The position numbers and the translations under genes were made by a program. A model generated the notes under the pieces. That model worked only from the letters and a program-made list of their open reading frames with translations. It did no database searches and was not told where the DNA came from. This document shows, piece by piece, positions 62,314 to 64,000 of a DNA stretch of 64,000 bases (its first letter is position 1; every line of letters starts with the position of its first letter). The DNA lies in the sequence record PZ445524.1; one strand, given 5' to 3'. The DNA comes from a phage.

Positions 62314-62970
62314 ATGGCAGCACCTAGAATATCATTTTCGCCCTCTGATATTCTGTTTGGTGTTCTAGATCGCTTGTTCAAAGATAACGCTACCGGGAAG
62401 GTTCTTGCTTCCCGGGTAGCTGTCGTAATTCTTTTATTTATGATGGCGATTGTTTGGTATAGGGGAGATAGTTTCTTTGAGTACTATAAGCAATCAAAGT
62501 ATGAAACATACCGTGAAATTATTGAAAAGGAAAGAACTGCACGCTTTGAATCTGTCGCCCTGGAACAACTCCAGATAGTTCATATATCATCTGAGGCAGA
62601 CTTTAGTGCGGTGTATTCTTTCCGCCCTAAAAACTTAAACTATTTTGTTGATATTATAGCATACGAAGGAAGATTACCTTCAACAATAACTGAAAAATCA
62701 CTTGGAGGATATCCTGTTGATAAAACTATGGATGAATATACAGTTCATTTAAATGGACGTCATTATTATTCCAACTCAAAATTTGCTTTTTTACCAACTA
62801 AAAAGCCTACTCCCGAAATAAACTACATGTACAGTTGTCCATATTTTAATTTGGATAATATCTATGCTGGAACGATAACCATGTACTGGTATAGAAATGA
62901 TCATATAAGTAATGACCGCCTTGAATCAATATGTGCTCAGGCGGCCAGAATATTAGGAAGGGCTAAATAA
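62314..62970 (+). CDS. t: holin T
   Basis: 218 aa; N-terminal transmembrane segment, large periplasmic domain; T4 T length. Confidence 0.92.
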   Translation: MAAPRISFSPSDILFGVLDRLFKDNATGKVLASRVAVVILLFMMAIVWYRGDSFFEYYKQSKYETYREIIEKERTARFESVALEQLQIVHISSEADFSAVYSFRPKNLNYFVDIIAYEGRLPSTITEKSLGGYPVDKTMDEYTVHLNGRHYYSNSKFAFLPTKKPTPEINYMYSCPYFNLDNIYAGTITMYWYRNDHISNDRLESICAQAARILGRAK

Positions 62971-63243
62971 TTATTTGTTCGTATACATCTCTAGATATCG
63001 ATATACACCCTCAAAACCCTCGTTGAATTCGTCGATGAGGGTTTTCTTATCTTCCTGAGTTAATTCAGAAACAATTTTACGGAATGAATTCTGATTTAAT
63101 TTTCTACCTTCATGCGTTACTCCAATCTCATTCAGAAATGCAATAAAATTAGCACGATTCTCAACAATATCTTCTCTGGAAAATTTAATCAAAATAGACG
63201 CAACAGTAATAATTTCACGAACTGTATCAATATTTTTATTCAT
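62971..63243 (-). CDS. asiA: anti-sigma70 factor AsiA
   Basis: 90 aa, MNKNIDTVREIITVASILIKFSREDIVENRANFIAFLNEIG. Confidence 0.92.
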   Translation of the reverse strand: MNKNIDTVREIITVASILIKFSREDIVENRANFIAFLNEIGVTHEGRKLNQNSFRKIVSELTQEDKKTLIDEFNEGFEGVYRYLEMYTNK

Positions 63244-63255
63244 TAACTATACCAC

Positions 63256-63408
63256 TCAATTAGTTGACTTTGTTATAATATCATCAGACGCTTGATTTGT
63301 AAACTGGTCTGTGTTATTTTCTTTAAAAATTTTTTCTACGAATTCCTTGAACGACTCACGTTCCTGAGCTACATTATGCTCGATTACCTTTTCAAGATTA
63401 TGACTCAT
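63256..63408 (-). CDS. small hypothetical protein between arn and asiA
   Basis: 50-aa ORF below track cutoff (MSHNLEKVIEHNVAQERESFKEF...); ATG overlaps arn stop (ATGA). Confidence 0.45.
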   Translation of the reverse strand: MSHNLEKVIEHNVAQERESFKEFVEKIFKENNTDQFTNQASDDIITKSTN

Positions 63409-63683
63409 TCGAAATAATCTTCAATTTCGTAATCATGGACATAAATCATTATAGTTTTTAATACATCATCGATACTTTTTCCTGGTGCTGGAATTACGTA
63501 AAAATACCCTGCTTTTGAGAGGTCTTTATAAGTTCCAATCAAGAAATCATTATTCTCAAGATGTAGTTCTTCAACTAATTCATTGACAATTGAGTGGTAT
63601 AAATTTGGTAGAAACTTATATAGCTTTTCTAGAATATCAATTTTGATTGTATATTGAACCACGGACTGAGAATCAATAATCAT
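63405..63683 (-). CDS. arn: Arn anti-restriction protein (McrBC inhibitor)
   Basis: 92 aa, acidic; T4 position next to asiA. Confidence 0.8.
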   Translation of the reverse strand: MIIDSQSVVQYTIKIDILEKLYKFLPNLYHSIVNELVEELHLENNDFLIGTYKDLSKAGYFYVIPAPGKSIDDVLKTIMIYVHDYEIEDYFE

Positions 63684-63766
63684 AGACCTTCCCCTTATGT
63701 TTCTGTTTGCGATTAGATTCTTTAAACGCTTTCTTCTTATCCTTATGAACAGAAGCTTTATTAAAA

Positions 63767-63985
63767 TTATGCTTTGCGACTAAATTGTTCATAGTGCTGA
63801 ATTACCTCTCTCAAACATTTGCATGTGAATGAAAACTTTTTAGCTACACCACATTCAAATATATGTTCTCTTAAATCGTGTGTATCGGTATATCCCATCT
63901 CAACAATAAAATGCCGTATTAGATTTTTATCTTTATCATTGAGAGAATTAAAATAATCAGATTTTGAATTAATTTCCCTGGCCAA
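63767..63985 (-). CDS. hypothetical protein (T4 arn.1 position)
   Basis: 72 aa ORF with several Cys/His residues. Confidence 0.55.
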   Translation of the reverse strand: MAREINSKSDYFNSLNDKDKNLIRHFIVEMGYTDTHDLREHIFECGVAKKFSFTCKCLREVIQHYEQFSRKA

Positions 63986-64000
63986 ATTGAATCACCTTCA

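Overview
This window reads as a contiguous segment of a T4-like (T-even, Tevenvirinae) myovirus genome; all calls come from reading the sequence and ORF translations against remembered T4 proteins, with no database search run. Gene order is essentially T4: tail sheath/tube and head genes (18,19,20,67,68,21,22,23,24), rnlB-hoc-inh, uvsW/uvsY, baseplate hub (25,26,51,27,28,29,48,54), alt, DNA ligase 30 and the 30.x cluster, rIII, 31, cd, pseT, spanins, alc, rnlA, denA, nrdB (split by a group I intron carrying full-length I-TevIII), nrdA, td (split by a group I intron carrying I-TevI), frd, 32, 59, 33, dsbA, rnh, tail fibers 34-38, holin t, asiA and arn. Late (TATAAATA), middle (MotA box) and early (GTTTAC-N17/18-TGnTAnnnT) promoters, GC-hairpin terminators and the gene 32 translational operator are readable. 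I did not find a clearly novel multi-gene system. The loci that depart from the T4 layout as I remember it are: a diverged Dam-family adenine methyltransferase between nrdA and nrdB, an extra ORF between frd and td, a decayed duplicate of the alt 5' end, a Hoc with an extra tandem Ig-like domain, a T2-type gp37/gp38 adhesin module, and two identical 54-bp early-promoter repeats. One ORF-track entry (30839..31057) is labelled + but actually reads on the minus strand.
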